From the NCBI GenBank assembly GCA_002269645.1, contig NIVC01002323.1, positions 62,001 to 126,000 of the forward strand: a stretch of DNA of 64,000 nt, in the 5' to 3' direction. The notes beneath the pieces are model-generated. The model saw only the letters and a program-made list of their open reading frames with translations. It had not been told where the DNA came from and did no database searches. The position numbers and the translations under genes are program-made. This document shows, piece after piece, positions 49,901-63,349 of this stretch. The stretch is from Macrostomum lignano. Its lineage: Eukaryota. The stretch's first letter is position 1. Every line of letters begins with the position of its first letter.

Positions 49901-50526
49901 TGCAGATGAGCCTACACGCTCTGCCTTGGATCGTGTTGAGCAGGTCTGCATGGCTTTTGACCTGGGTAGCGCTAACCCAGACAACAGAGGCGTACGTAAT
50001 GGCAGGTCTAACTACGGAAGTATAGATCCACCAAAGCCGCTTTGGGGATAGACCCCAAGAAGTGCCAAGTGCTCGTGCACCGACATTTGTCCACCGATTT
50101 TTGTCCACCGACATTTGTCCACCGACATTTGTCTTTCAACTTTTGTCTACCAACGTGTTCCACCGACATTTGTCCACCGACATTTGTCCACCGACATTTG
50201 TCCACCGACATTTGTCCATCGAAATTTGTCCACCGACATTTGTCCACCGACATTTGTCCACCGATTTTTGTCTTCCGACATTTGTCTACCAACATGTTCC
50301 ACCGACATTTGTCCACCGACATTTGTCTTCCGATATTTGTCTACCAACGTGTTCCACCAACATTGTCTCACGATGTTTAACCCACCGACATTTGCTAAAC
50401 GACGTTTGACCGCCTGATGTTTGCCTGCCGGTTTGTCTACCGATGCTACAACATAATATTGCATGCAAGTTTGTGTACAAATAAGCATGCGACCATAATC
50501 CTGTGCCCAGGCCAAGGGCTCCAATG
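46998..50526 (-). CDS. Putative orphan multi-exon gene(s) with cysteine-rich tails
   Basis: Phase-compatible AG/GT-bounded open exons: 50526-50441, 48054-47928, 47752-47680 (stop), 47274-47163, 47061-46998 (stop). No start found and no family recognised. Confidence 0.4.
48216..50445. repeat. 14-bp minisatellite (48216-48571 and 50075-50445), split by a LINE insertion
   Basis: Unit ccgacatttgtc(c/t)a. Confidence 0.93.
48572..50074 (-). mobile_element. Second, 5'-truncated copy of the LINE A family; intact RNase H-containing ORF end (48669-~50070)
   Basis: 10-bp TSD GTGCACCGAC (48562-48571, 50075-50084). (AAGTC)n tail. Open frame with CYTDGSK, WVPGHVGIRGNELAD, CSFC..H..C. Closely similar to 3330-4562. 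Confidence 0.93.
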
Positions 50527-50984
50527 CTGAGGATAATTATTTTATGTCGTAATGGCTGATGTATTTGAAAGCAGGTACTTCCCCATGGCTATATCAGGAA
50601 ATTTCGTACACAGTACACAATGATATGTACTAATTGTTAATTTCGTGTTTTTCCAAATCGACATCCACCATTAGTGTAAAGCGACTTGATGCTATAATGA
50701 TCATCACTCTTTCAAAATTCATTTTATTATAGTTCAATTAGAAAAGCTAAAAAAGTAAATTGAAAATTGCACAGTGACCGATACAGTTTAAAAATAGAAT
50801 GAGAAAAAAAGTATAGTGCACAATATTTGTACGCAACAAGCGCGTTAACGGGGTAGTACAGTCTTGGCAAATCCGCACCTCATGACTATTTTTAGAAACG
50901 TGAAGAAAAATAAAGAATTTTATTCTCACAACTAAACTGGCTTGACTAGTCTTGAAATATAAGGATTAAACAGTTGAAATAATC

Positions 50985-51510
50985 CTGTTAGATACTCTAA
51001 CTATTCCTGTTAGATACTCGAACTATTCCTGTTAGATACTCGAACTATTCCTGTTAGATACTCGAACTAATCCTGTTAAATACTCGAATTATTCCTGTTA
51101 GATACTCGAACTAACCCTGTTAAATACTCGAACGATTCCTGTTATATACTCGAACTATTCCTGTTAGATACTAGAACTATTCCTTGTTAGATACTAGACC
51201 TAATCCTTAGATACTAGAACTAATGCTTGTAAGAGACTAGAACTAATCCTGTTAGATACTAGAACTAATCCTGTTAGATACTCGAACTAATCCTGTTAGA
51301 TACTAGAACTAATCCTGTTAGATACTCGAACTAATCCTATTAGATCCAAGAACTAATCCTGTTAAATACTCGAACTAATCCTATTAGATCCAAGAACTAA
51401 TCCTGTTAAATACTCGAACTAATCCTGTTCGATACTACTTGACTTAATCCTATTAGATAACTGAACTAATCAATGTTAGACAATTGAACTAATCCTGATA
51501 AATACTTCAA
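50985..51510. repeat. 22-bp minisatellite
   Basis: Unit tcctgttagatact(c/a)gaacta(a/t). Confidence 0.92.
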
Positions 51511-52639
51511 ATGATCATGTTAGATAGCCTAATAAGCATTACGGAGTCATTAGTTTAGATTGGTTCTATATTAGAATCTCAGAAGTTCGTTTTTCAGTTG
51601 ATGATGGATTAAGCCCAATCAGAATCTCTTTGCCTTCGATACCTCGGGCTCTCATCTGGGCAGAGGCACTTGCAGCAGAATATGAAGCACAGGAACCTGA
51701 AAAAATCAAGCAAAAAGATGAATTGCTGATCTACATGTCCAGCAATTGTCCCCGTAACCTCTTACCGGAAGAACCAACACCTGCAGCAGTCATCGCAGCA
51801 GTCATCACCGGATGAATACTGATCAACCATAGCGACCGCAAACAGTTCAACTCAAAAAATGATATTGAAACGCAAAAAGGAGCAAAAAATGCCCTTTAAT
51901 GTTCTTTGAAAATTCTGGCATATTTATACACAGAGGGAAATCTGTACTACCTTCATAATAGAAATCGAAAACTGCAGCTCGTACCACCGAGTTACAAACT
52001 TAGTTATGATTGCTACTACCGCGTTTGAAATCTGCTGTAGCTGCTGTGTGGGCATTTGCATGCCCAACGTGGATAATAGTATTAGGTAGTACCGCGACTC
52101 GAAATCCGCTGAACTCGCCGCAGGAAGGTCCATCGAAATTTTTCGAGACATCCCTTGGGGTGCTCCAAGCGTCTTTCCTGTTCGTTCTGGTGCTTGACTG
52201 AGTGCTGCGGGCTGTTCTTTCTTTCAACGAGGTCTTTCCGAGTGAATCGACATCAAACGCTCCAGCTTGTCGAAGGTGCAGACGGTGAGCCAGAGGTACA
52301 AGAGGTTAATGCGCTTGAAGCAAAACACCAGGTCGAGGCCTGGTCCTAGACCTGTACTAGCTGCACAGAGAAAGGTCGTGTGCGTACACAATGAGGCGGA
52401 CATGGGCCAAGATGCAGGGCTGGTGACCGAAGCTTTCGCGAGGCCAGAGGCTCGCTGTCGCTGAAGGGTGCCGTTAAGGCTGACTGCAGGCGTTCGAGGT
52501 CGAACGTATTGGTGCAGTTCAGAAGATTTAAAATGCTGGAAGCCATCACTGATCTGCTGTGAGACCCTCGTCAGGAGTTTTTCATAGGAGTTGGTCTGTT
52601 AATTGGAGATTCGGGCATTGATTTCATCGCGACACGCTG

Positions 52640-54555
52640 GCAGTGCTCGGAGACCTGAACGCAGTTCCGCGGAGATCCGAGCGCTCGCCCTTTGTCGTGA
52701 GACGCGAGAACGCCAACACCGATGCGCTCGAGAACCTGCTTGACCGGCTGGACCTAGTGTCCATGAGGAGACTGGCGCAACTCGATCATGCGCTGTTTCG
52801 CACTCGCGAGCGCCGCCGCATCACCAACTGCGACACCATGGCTCCACTGGCTCTCCGGTCAGACCACCAACTCCTGCTCTGCGACTTGCGGCTCCACGAC
52901 CGGATCTATCGACCGCCAAAGCAGCTGTCACGGCACCCTTGTTAAACGCCCGCGTGAAGCGTCAATTCGCGGGCGCCTTCGTCGGTGCGCTTGAAGCCCA
53001 GCGCGAGGCGAAGTATTCCGACATCAGCACCGCCGTTAGAGCCGCTGTAGAGCAGACGGTCTCGCTGATGCGGCCAGCGCAGAAATTGCTGCCTGTCTAG
53101 CAGAGCGATCCGACCATCAGGCAAGCGCGACTCAACATCGAGTGACTCCGCAGGAACCGGCGGCCCACGGGCGACGCTAAAGACGCGTTTGAGCGCCTTC
53201 TTGACGAACGGCAGCAGGCCGCTGTCAACGACGCCGTCAGGTCCATCACTGCAGCCGGCCCTGACGTGAAGAGCCACGCAGTGTAAAAAGCGCGTGGCGC
53301 TGAACCTGGCCGGTGACACCCCAGAGGATCAGAGGAGCGAATGAATAAATTGCGCGACTTCTTCGCCGGCATCGTGAACGCGCCCGCGTTGCCGCTGTCC
53401 GCCAGTTTTGCGCTCCCACTGGGCACGCCGCTCCCAGCTGAAGAGGACTTCTGCATCAGCCCAGTCACCACGGAGGATATTGTACCGTTCGCTAGGAAAT
53501 CACCAGGCGGCAAGGCGCTCGGCCCCGACGAAGTCCCGGTCGAGGCCCTGCGGCTCCGCTGTGTGGCCTCCCAGGTCACAGGCGTCATGAACCGCGTGCT
53601 CGCCGGCGCTCCTGCGCCCACCGAGTGGACCGTCGCACACATCGTGCTGATCCCGAAGAAGGCAGGGACAACGCGGAAAGAAGACCACCGCGGATCTCGC
53701 TAATGTCCTGTACGGCGAAGCTCTTCAACCGGCTGCTGCTCGATCGCCTGCAGTCGGTGCTGGACCCGTACCTGCGGCACGAGCAGAACGGATTCCGGCT
53801 GCAACGCGGCACAGTGACACAGATCCTCGCACTCCACCGTGTCATCGAGGAGGCGCGCATCCGCCAGTCTACGCTGATCATTGTCTTCGTTGACTTTCGA
53901 AAGACGTTTGACTCGGTGTTCAGAGCGTCGCTTCCCTTCGACCTTCGAGCCTACCGGGTCCCGCAGCAGCTAATCGACCCTGTATTGCGATACTCGAGCT
54001 GCTGTGGTAACGGCGGACGGCCTGTCTGACCTGTTCGATACTTCATTAGGAGTTCTGCAGGGCGACACGCTAGCACCGTTCCTCTTTGTGCTGCTGCTGG
54101 ACTGGGTGCTTCGGACCGCACTCCCCTTGGCTAACGACGGCTTTCTGCTGCGCAGACGCATCGGTCGCCGCCACGGTGAAAAGCGCCTAAGCGTGCTTGG
54201 CTACGCCGACGACCTCGCCCTCCTGTCCTCGTCCTTTGAAGCCGCCCAGCGCCAGATCGACAGGCTGGTCGAGGTGGCATCGAGCGTCGGTCTGGTTGTC
54301 AACACACTGAAGACCGAGGTGCTGACTGTGCCGGCCAACATCCCAGCGGACCTGACATGCCGCGGCGCAAACGTATAGACGACCCCGCCCCCACGCTGCC
54401 AGTGGTTCACCTACGGCGGTCTGGTATCCCACGTGGAGGAAGACCTCCGGCGGCGCAGAGGACTTGTCTGTGTGGCCTTCCGTTCGATCCGAGCCGTCCT
54501 CCAGTCCAAAGCACTGGCCGACCGTCAGAGGGCTCGGCTGTGGCAGGCGGTGGTT
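52640..54555 (+). mobile_element. Degenerate RTE/RTEX-like LINE (endonuclease remnant + RT)
   Basis: LGDLNA, SDHQLL, GPDEVP, IVLIPKK, RISLMSCTAKLFNR, EQNGFR, FVDFRKTFDSV, GVLQGDTLAPFLF, GYADD. Many frameshifts and stops. Confidence 0.88.
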
Positions 54556-54638
54556 TAACTATTATGCAAACTCCAGTTCAAGAGCATATTGGATAGCTAA
54601 TCTACACATATCCAATTGTAAAGTAAGGTAATTAAGTA

Positions 54639-57600
54639 CGAGGGCTGAGCAATAAGTTTCCGGATGTGCATAGTTGAGAGGCGGCTGACAAAATCTGACA
54701 CCATAGGTGTCAAGTACATTATATAAGTACAAAGTTTGCAAAGTTTCAGACGCACTGGTCATATATAGCCAGTGCAGCACACAAACCAAGCTAGCATACC
54801 CACCCTATCTATCAAATTCACAATGGAGCTCGCTCAATAGGAGTCATTTTAGAGCAATTGATGAGGACGCACTGTTTTCCAAATCCCGCGCTAGCACATG
54901 GGCTCTAAACTTACTAGTCTACTAACAGTGGGCAGTGGGCATTTTTATCCTTTTTCTGCGAATTTTCATAGAATCCATACTAGATATAATGTTTGGTCAT
55001 ACTAGTAGTCATAATAACATAGGCGCAGCTTTTTGGGTCATAAATAATCGCTTTTGAAGCTGGTCTGACAGCCACCTGCGCCTCACTCAGTGTTGAGGCG
55101 GGCGCCAGATGGTCTGAGGGGATGCGAATGATAGCTTTTTTCTCATCATTTTGACAGGTCATCAAGATTTATGAGGTCAGGGCCTATTGTTCGTGTTCAC
55201 TCAAGCGTGTGAAAGTTTTGACAGCTATGCGTTTTACCCCTAAAAGTACTTTGGGATTAGCGATTAGCGAATTCTCCTCATTATCTTCACTTTCTATTTA
55301 ATAAGAGCTTTCTAATGTATATTTTTTCATTCATTTTTGTCAATTCTACGCCAAAAGTCATAAATCATTTTGTTGCGATTTCGATTGATTTATGGCCGCA
55401 CCTGTCATGTTTTTACGACCCCGAGGGAACTGATAGGATCTCCCGGTCACGTGATTCTGGGTAGCAACCAGCTTAGCCAATCAGAAAATTCGACGCTCAT
55501 TTTAACAAATCGGCTCAGCCAATTAGAATCGACGTGTTCCATTATAACAAACTGCGGTCCAGTTGGCGGCTATTTAACCGGTGTTTTTGGCCCGCTCGGA
55601 CGGCACCTTTCCGGGTGCTACCCCCCACCTTTCTGGGTGCTACCCCTGCAAACCTTCTTGCGACCGGGTGCCGGCTCCACTGGCCAGGAATCGACCGTCG
55701 TTTCTTGATCCCCGGATTGCGACTCCCCCCCCCATCATCATCAAGGACGAATCCCCCCGGTCATCAGCAGTGAACATCAAAGTGAAGAGCATCACCTGCT
55801 AGCTATCAGCGAAGATTGTGACATCAGCATCATCCCGGGCCTACAGCTGCGAAGAACTAAGCCGATTCGGTCACTGTGGATTACCTGGTCTCCGGCTGTT
55901 GAGTTTCTGATTGGTTGGGTGAGAGGCTGCCTAGACTTGCTTGATTGGGTGATTCCTTATATGTCCCCTGTTTCAGTAGCTGGATTAGGCGCACACTTTT
56001 GCTCACTTTGTTCAGTAGTGCTGTAATCGAGGCAGAAGTCATTCAATAATACTGCTAGTAGTCTGAAACTCCAATTCAATCTGAGGTGTGAAGTGATCTA
56101 AGGTGAAGGTTAAATCTAAAAGTTATTTTTATCGTTTTTATTTCTTTGTTCGCCGATGGCTCAGATGTTAGCTAAGCTAGTAGGCGCCGGTCACAGTGGA
56201 CCAATGGCAAGGCAGTTCTCAGTCGATCAATCTATCAAATCAGTGAGCAAAACTGCCAAAAGTGCAGAATCGGCTCCAGAGGTGTACTCTGTGCACTCTA
56301 GGTTAGCCAAGCGGCTCAGGTAATGAATCATGCGGTCTCTGATGTTCGAGTTAGCCTATCATCAGCGCTAGGAGAGGCTAGTTGGCGCGTTGAAGGCCAA
56401 AAGTACAATTCTTCGTATTTAGCAATGTAATAGTACATGTAGCTACCCCATAGTCTCGCCACTGCAAGAATCCCCTGCACAAGTCCCCTCTGTACCTGCA
56501 TGGCCAATGCGATCTAGTCCCAGCAGTGTCCCTTAACATCGGCTATGACTTCGAGATTGACAGCAAAAAGACACTAGTTGGCAGGTAAGTGCAAAGCCCC
56601 TTCTAGTCGGAAGCCCGATTTCGAGAGTCCCGGTGTGGTTAGCCAGGACGTACGGCCTGGTGGCAGCGAGTTAGCTAATCTGCGGATTAACTAATTTCTA
56701 CCTTCAAAATTCTCCCTGCTCGTCTCTCGCTGTCCCTCTCTTAGCTATAGGACCTAGACTGCTCGCCACACGATCAAGCTACCATGGGGCTGACCATCTG
56801 ACAGGAGTGGGGGGCCAGGACTCTAATTGATTTATTTCTGAGACCTGAGGCCTGAAGGCTTCCCCACAAGGGGGCCGAAAGGTCGAAACCCATCACAATG
56901 ATTTATTTTCTGCGGCAGCAAGAAAGTCTTGAGCGATTGCAAGGAGCTTTTGGGGATGAAGCACCTTCTAGATCGACCGTTTTTGACTGGTTTGCCGAAT
57001 TTCGACGCGGCAGGCAGAGTCTGGATGATGAGGAGCGCAGCGGCCGGCCTGTCTCCGCAACGACCAAGTATACTGTTGCTGCTGTCCGGGCCATGGTTGA
57101 GGTCACAGTCACTGTGGCCCAGATAGAGGCAGAGTTGGGCATCTCATCAGGATCCATCAGGACGATCCTGCATTCACAGCTCAACCTGAGCAAGATTTCT
57201 GCATGCTGGGTGCCTCATCAGCTGGCTCCGGAGCAGAAGGAGGCTCGGGTGACCTGGTGCCGCACCATGCTCGACAGATTCAACGGAGGCAGCTCAAACT
57301 CGGTCTGGGATATCGTCAGTGGTGACGAGTCCTGGATCTATAGTTTCGACCCGGAGACTAAGCAGCAGTCGGCCCAGTGGACTCCAGTTGGCGGCACCCC
57401 ATCGTCCAAGCTTCGGCGAGAGCGCAGCGTGGCGAAGCAGATGGTGGCCGTTTTTGTGGCGAAAACTGGTCATCTGGCCACGGTTCCACTCGTGCAGCAG
57501 CGCACAGTCACCGGTGACTGGTACGCTAACGTTTGCCTGCCAGAAGTGCTGAGCGCTCTCTCCAGGCGTCGCCCAAGGACTCGAGCTCGGGGCATCCTTC

Positions 57601-57968
57601 TCCATCACAGCAACGCCCCGGCCCACAAGGCTCGACAGGTGGCGGAGTTCCTGGCCGGAGAGCGCATTCAAGAGCTCGGTCATCCACCCTACAGCCCCGA
57701 CCTGGCCCCTGCGACTTTTTTGTGCTTCCACAAATCAAGTGCTGGATGCGTGGAATCCGCTATGGATCACCAAAGCTGCAGTGGAGGCCTTCACCCGGCA
57801 TGTGGAGGAGGTGCCTGCTTCAGATTGGTCCAGCTGCTTCAGCAAGTGATTTAGGCGCATGAAAATTTGCATCGAATCTGCTGAAGAGTACTTTGAAAAG
57901 ATGTAAGTGTTTTTTCTCTCTAACTATTTCTGTCTGGGCACATCCGGAAACTTATTGCTCAGCCCTCG
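54639..57968 (+). mobile_element. Mariner (DD34D-type) transposon, inactive, enlarged by a 2-kb insertion
   Basis: 31-bp TIR cgagggctgagcaataagtttccggatgtgc at both ends. TA TSD (54637-38, 57969-70). Transposase 56898-57906 with RSGRP, WVPHQL, SGDESWIY, YSPDLAP. HSN replaces HDN, with frameshifts and a stop near the 3' end. N-terminal LNRSHFRA stub at ~54835-54858. Confidence 0.93.
54859..56895. mobile_element. Unclassified ~2-kb TGATG..CATCA element (solo LTR-like) inside the mariner transposase
   Basis: 4-bp duplication CAAT (54855-54858, 56896-56899). 5-bp terminal inverted repeat. Removal restores ..FRA MIYF. No coding homology recognised. Confidence 0.6.
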
Positions 57969-58270
57969 TAAGTTTGGAGTGATTTGAGAGAATGAAAACT
58001 CTAAAGGGAACATATTAATAACAAAGTTGTCGCAATGCATTATTAATTAGTCCGCAGTTTTATGAGTAATTATTGGGAAATTCCTGGATGTATTTATTAT
58101 AGTATCGTAAACAGTATTGTTATCAATCATGTCTGCACGTCTATGGTTGATATCTTTAATGGCTTATTTATAGACGTAGTTTAAATAGGGTAGAGTTTAC
58201 TGATTTATAAAAATTTTAAATGAAACACAACGATCAAAAGTAAATTTGACAAGCAAAATAAAAGTACATT

Positions 58271-58549
58271 ATGTCTTCGACCATCAAACCAACTACAGCC
58301 GAACAGTTCGACTTGGAGTACGTCAGCAAGCGCGCGCTACAGCCCGAATTAATCGAACTAAAGTCCAAACCATGGACCGATTGGATATTCCCAATCGGTA
58401 ACGTGGTCCTCTGCGTGATTGTTGGCATATTCACGGTCGTCGAGTTCAACTGGCGCTTGCGTAGGAAACGTCAAGCCGCCGCCAAAGAGGTGAAAGAGTG
58501 CAGGTACTTGGATCCCATGCCAAGCCAGGCTGCTTCAAAGGAAGAATAA
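58271..58549 (+). CDS. Small single-pass membrane protein, or terminal exon (92 aa)
   Basis: GC-richer ORF in AT-rich DNA. Hydrophobic WIFPIGNVVLCVIVGIFTVVEF followed by basic RLRRKR. Confidence 0.5.
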   Translation: MSSTIKPTTAEQFDLEYVSKRALQPELIELKSKPWTDWIFPIGNVVLCVIVGIFTVVEFNWRLRRKRQAAAKEVKECRYLDPMPSQAASKEE

Positions 58550-59334
58550 GTTTCTTTTAACTTGACCATATTGCACTATAGCATTCTAACCATTTAAGCA
58601 AGTGGAATGAAAGTCAATATTTTTTCGTGATTACTAGTTAATTATGCTGTAACTATAATATATTTCAATGCATTAGTATGCTTTGATTCTAACTTCATCG
58701 GCACCAACCAGTACAGAAACTTTTTGATTATCATTGTTTTTTAAGCCGGACAAATTATTGTATCATCTTAGCCATCAGAATAAGGTTACTAGACCTCCTA
58801 CATGCATGTAGTGGTGAATTCTTTACTTGATACTTTGGTATATGATAAATATGAAGAAACGATGACGTGGAAAATGATAGGTTTTATTCAAATAAATGTT
58901 CATGTACTATGTACACGTAAGCTGCTCTGCTTAGTAATTTGTTGCAACATTACGGAAAGGTATATTGCTTTTAAAAATGCGCAGGTTCCGCTTTTTAGAC
59001 ATATAATACGCTAGATGTGATATAAAGCTGCACTTTTAAAAAAGTATCTAGATTTTACTGCATTTATAAACGCTAAGCAATCTATGTTACTCATGAAGTT
59101 TCTTATTCTTCGAGTTACAAATGGATATTTAAACTGATCGCTACTTTATATTTTCGCTTTCAACACAACAAAAGTTTTTTTACAAAGCCTAATATTTGTC
59201 AGAATAATTAATAGACCTTAATAGATTTAGCAGAAAATGTAACTTATAGGAAATTTTTTTAACTTTTGTGGGCTAACATAAGATCATTAGTCAACCCTTT
59301 GATTTGAAGTTTAAATTTGGTCATCGAGTTCTAA

Positions 59335-59595
59335 GGGCCTTTTCATATTACCAATTCCAGAACCAGAATCGGTTCGGAATTCCAAGAAAAAGCGCAGTAT
59401 AACTATTAAACTCTGTTAATATTTGACTGCCTTAACAACCTAACTTAGCACAATTTTTCACTTTCTTCTTGGCGATTGTCATTCAATAATAAAAACTTTA
59501 TAGCACGTATCTCCCTCTAGTTATGGAGACAAAAAGTTATACTTCACAAATTGGTTCTGGTTCTGGAACCAGAGCAAGCAATATGAAAAGGCCCT
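59335..59595. mobile_element. Tourist-like (PIF/Harbinger) MITE, 261 bp
   Basis: TIR gggcc(c)ttttcatatt; TAA TSD at 59332-59334 and 59596-59598. Confidence 0.75.
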
Positions 59596-60189
59596 AAGAC
59601 TGTTGTTTTTTAAGCGTTTTTAAAAATCTGACCGAAGTCACGCGTGGGTGGAGACGGAGGCGGGCGAACTCGCAGTGTCAACACTGCCGGGTTTCTAATT
59701 ATTTGTCTATTTAGTCTAAATAATACTAAATCTAATACTAAATATTTCTTACGCTAACAAATAGCTATAAAACAGTAATCCTGTAATTGTAGGCCTATCT
59801 GCTATCATAGGACCTAACGGCTAACGCTGACAAATAATTGTGTTAGATAAGCCTTCAAATTTATTTAGGAAATTAGCTACTACTAAGCCTACTGGACTCT
59901 AGACTATGATAAGACTAGTCAGTAGGTCAGTAATCTAGTATGGTGTCACAAGCCTAGGTAGCCTAGGCTGCCCTAGCCTAGTACAAGTCTTGGATCTACT
60001 AGGCTAGGCTAGGCTAGGGCTAGGCCTAAACAAGATTTTTTTTAATGGTCTAGTCCTATTTCATATAGTCCATACTAAAAATGGTTTGTAATTTGTATTG
60101 TCCTAAATTTTAAAACTTTTAACATTTTACTAGGCCTAGTATTAGTAAAAATTATTGTTAAAAACTTAAATTATAGGCCCTATTAAGTA

Positions 60190-60934
60190 TGTAGTGTCTA
60201 TTTGTCCAGCTGAGCTGTATAAATAGCCATTTTTGTTTCTTTTCCGGCTGGCCAGACAAATAGCTAATGTCATTATTTTCCAGCTGAGCTGGATAAAAAG
60301 CTGTTGTCGTTAGTTGTCTGGCTCAGCCTCTCTCTCCTTCTCCGGCTCTCTACGCCTGTCTTTATCTCTAGTTCCTCCATCTTCAAAGTGTGCCAGCAGA
60401 CTAATGACCTGCTTAATCAAAGCGTGCCATGCAGAAATTTAAAGAGTTCCTAATTTCAAATCATTATCTGGCAAAATGGCGAAAGGAAATTACATTCATG
60501 TTTTTACATTTATGTTTGAAAGAATGAAAACTGCATGTGGCATTTTAGTGCAGATATATTTACATTTAGGTAATATATAAGCATATAAATGTATTTATGA
60601 ACATGCAGAACTTACGCGAATTCGGCATTACAATTGTCAAACAGTACATAAGTTGCATAAGTTGGTTCAAAGTTCCAATCACTGATTCAACTTATCTGAA
60701 ATATCTAGGCCTATACCCAGATTGAGTCTTAAAAAATCTTAGAGTTTCTAAAATACTACAAAGTCTTTATTTGTACATGTACATGTACATATATGACTCA
60801 GCCCAACAAATAATGACAATAGATATTTATCCGTCTCAGCCAGAAAAATAATGACATTAGCTATTTGTATGGCTAGCCAAAAAAGAAACAAAGATGGCTA
60901 TTTATACAGCTCAGCTAGACAAAATGCCACTATG
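60190..60934. mobile_element. Mutator-like MITE, ~745 bp
   Basis: ~110-bp imperfect TIRs (agctgagctgtataaatagccat..caaatagctaatgtcattattt). tattaagta(t) is duplicated on both flanks (9-10 bp). Confidence 0.65.
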
Positions 60935-63349
60935 TATTAAGTATCATGTTTTTAAAGGTATGGTTAAATTTTGTTTATTTTTTGATGAAAATATTAATGA
61001 TATTTTAAAACACCTTTGTTTCAAAACCTTTTTTTGATTTAGTAATCTTAACTCATGAAAATCAAAAGACTTTTTATAAGAAATTTTCGGTATACAATTA
61101 ATTGATTTTTTTACATCATACTTAGAGACACGGCCACCATTTCTACAAATTTTTGGATTATAAACATGGCCGCTGTGTTTCTAATAGTGCCTAAGTCTAT
61201 ATTTATAGGCACAGCCAGCTCTAATATTATATTAAGCTTTAATATTATAGACTTTGTCTCTAACCATAGTCAGGATCATGCTATGTGTGCGCTCGAAGCT
61301 ACCCCAAAATTTTTTTTGCAGTGTGCGCCAGGTACGCCAGGCAAAATGCACAAATGTGCCAGGTGCGCCAGTCTTAAATCCTAATCCTAATGTAAAAAAA
61401 ATTGCAATATACACAAAATCACAATATATTGTAAGTTGTAACGTTTCGTGTAATTGCAAGTAAAGATTATAAAGTTGAAGATTTGAAGATTTATGTTTTT
61501 AATTTCAAAAATAAAGAATAAAAGGAGAAATAAAACACAATTTAGAGAATATTTTAAATGAAGCAACGGTTGTCAATTGTCATAACAATATATTTGTGAA
61601 ATCATTGTTAAACTTTGTGCAAAATTTCATGCTTCATATACTTTATGTTCTTTGATTTTGTCTTTCGCAGTGGTCGTGGCACAGCCTCCTCCAGTGTGCG
61701 CCATGCAGGGTGCACCAATTGTATATATGCCAAGGTGTATGCTAGAAGACCCTTTCAAAATTTTGTGCGCCAAGTGTATGCCAGCTGTCCCGAATGTGTG
61801 CCAGAATTTCCAGCATACATGACATGATCCTGAGTGTGGGTCTCTAATAGTGCCTAAGTCTATACTTATAGACACCCATCGTCAGGAAGATGGCCTTTTT
61901 CACAGAAAATTCCATCACAAAAGGGGGTTAAACGTGCACTGCGCTGGCACATTCTGGCACAATAGCAGGCAAAAGAAAAAAATCCGGCACAGTATGGCAT
62001 AAAACAAAAAATTGACACAATTTGGTGCAATACAAAAACTTTTGACAAGACAATATTTTCTTAAACAAAAAAATGCATGTTGTTTCTTTTTATTAGCACT
62101 TTTTGCCAGTGTATTGATGGCTTTTTTAAATTAATACATTTTAATATTGTATTTTCAATGAAAAAGATTCAAATACATGTTTTTATGGTATTTTTAAGCA
62201 GAAAGTATGGTTTTTTGTGTTTTTTTTTAAATTTCCAACATAGCACAAGCAAACTTATTTGATAGGAATAGTTCTAGTGCACAGCATGATCAAACTTTTT
62301 TGATAGGATTTGTTCCAGCGTAGGCATGCCATGATCCTATCTATTGATAAACATAGCTAGGCTGCTGTGTCTATAATATTAGAGCTTATAGACACAGTGA
62401 GTTGGCAATTGTGTCCATATAGTATAGGTCTACTGATGTACATTTAGCTAATATAAGATTCTTGTTCTTGTATATACTACTGCACAATCTAGACCCTGGG
62501 GGGGGGGGCATACATGTGCAACATCCAAAATTTGGTCAGCTATGCAACTTAGTTTTAACAAAAAATGTGACAGTTTTTGGCCAAAAATGCAACTTACATG
62601 TAAAAGATATGTCTCTCTCCCTTGCTGCCTTCTGATTGGCTCTCCATTTTCACCTCTCTCTTTAGTTGTGCACTCCATCCCTCTCCTTATTATCTTCAAT
62701 TCAAACCCCCCTGCAAGTTAATGTTCTATAAATATATCAGTTTGGGCCATGCATCCATTTACTGTTCCTTACTGCTCTTTTTCTCTCTCAGTATCAATTA
62801 GTTTTCCCTCAGAGTTAATTAAGTATTAACTCCAATTAAATAGTCTTTAGTTTAGTTTTTAGTCTTATTTTCTTGACACTTATTAAGGCAAAATGCCTCA
62901 TTATCTACTTAGTACTACTTGGGTATTTATTTGGGTGGATATGGGTGGAAAATATAAATTATAAAACTAATACTAATATAAAATAATATAATGTTAACTT
63001 TTTAATTCATATTTATCATAATTTTAAATTATCTATTAATTTGTTAGCGTTATATAGGGAAGGGGCTTAGGGAGCTAGTGTAGCCTCCCTTCCCTCCAAT
63101 TGCCTAGGGGGGTAATGATTGAAATCTATTGTATGGAGGCCATTAAGCTATATACCACTTTCTGTTCTATCTTTTATTATCTTGTCTAGGTACATTTGAA
63201 CAACTTTGACTCTGAATTCTTATCTTGTCTTATTTCTTCTCTCATATTACTCTTGATGAACTCAATCATTGTCTTAAGGCCCTATTTAGCATGTTTTACT
63301 AGTATTATTATTACTATCCCTCTTCTCAATAGAGGGCAAGGGGGGTTTC

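Noticed and set aside
51630-52560. Possible further exons (several 60-75 aa ORFs on both strands)
   Set aside because: Could not build a phase-consistent model or recognise a domain.
56845-56895. Hammerhead-ribozyme-like ctgaagg..hairpin..gaaa motif
   Set aside because: The core reads CUGAAGG rather than CUGANGA, and the required A-U pair and NUH triplet are not formed.
61120-62400. Recurrent ctaatagtgcctaagtctata and gtgtctata motifs
   Set aside because: Probably fragments of a repeat family, but ends and TSD could not be defined.
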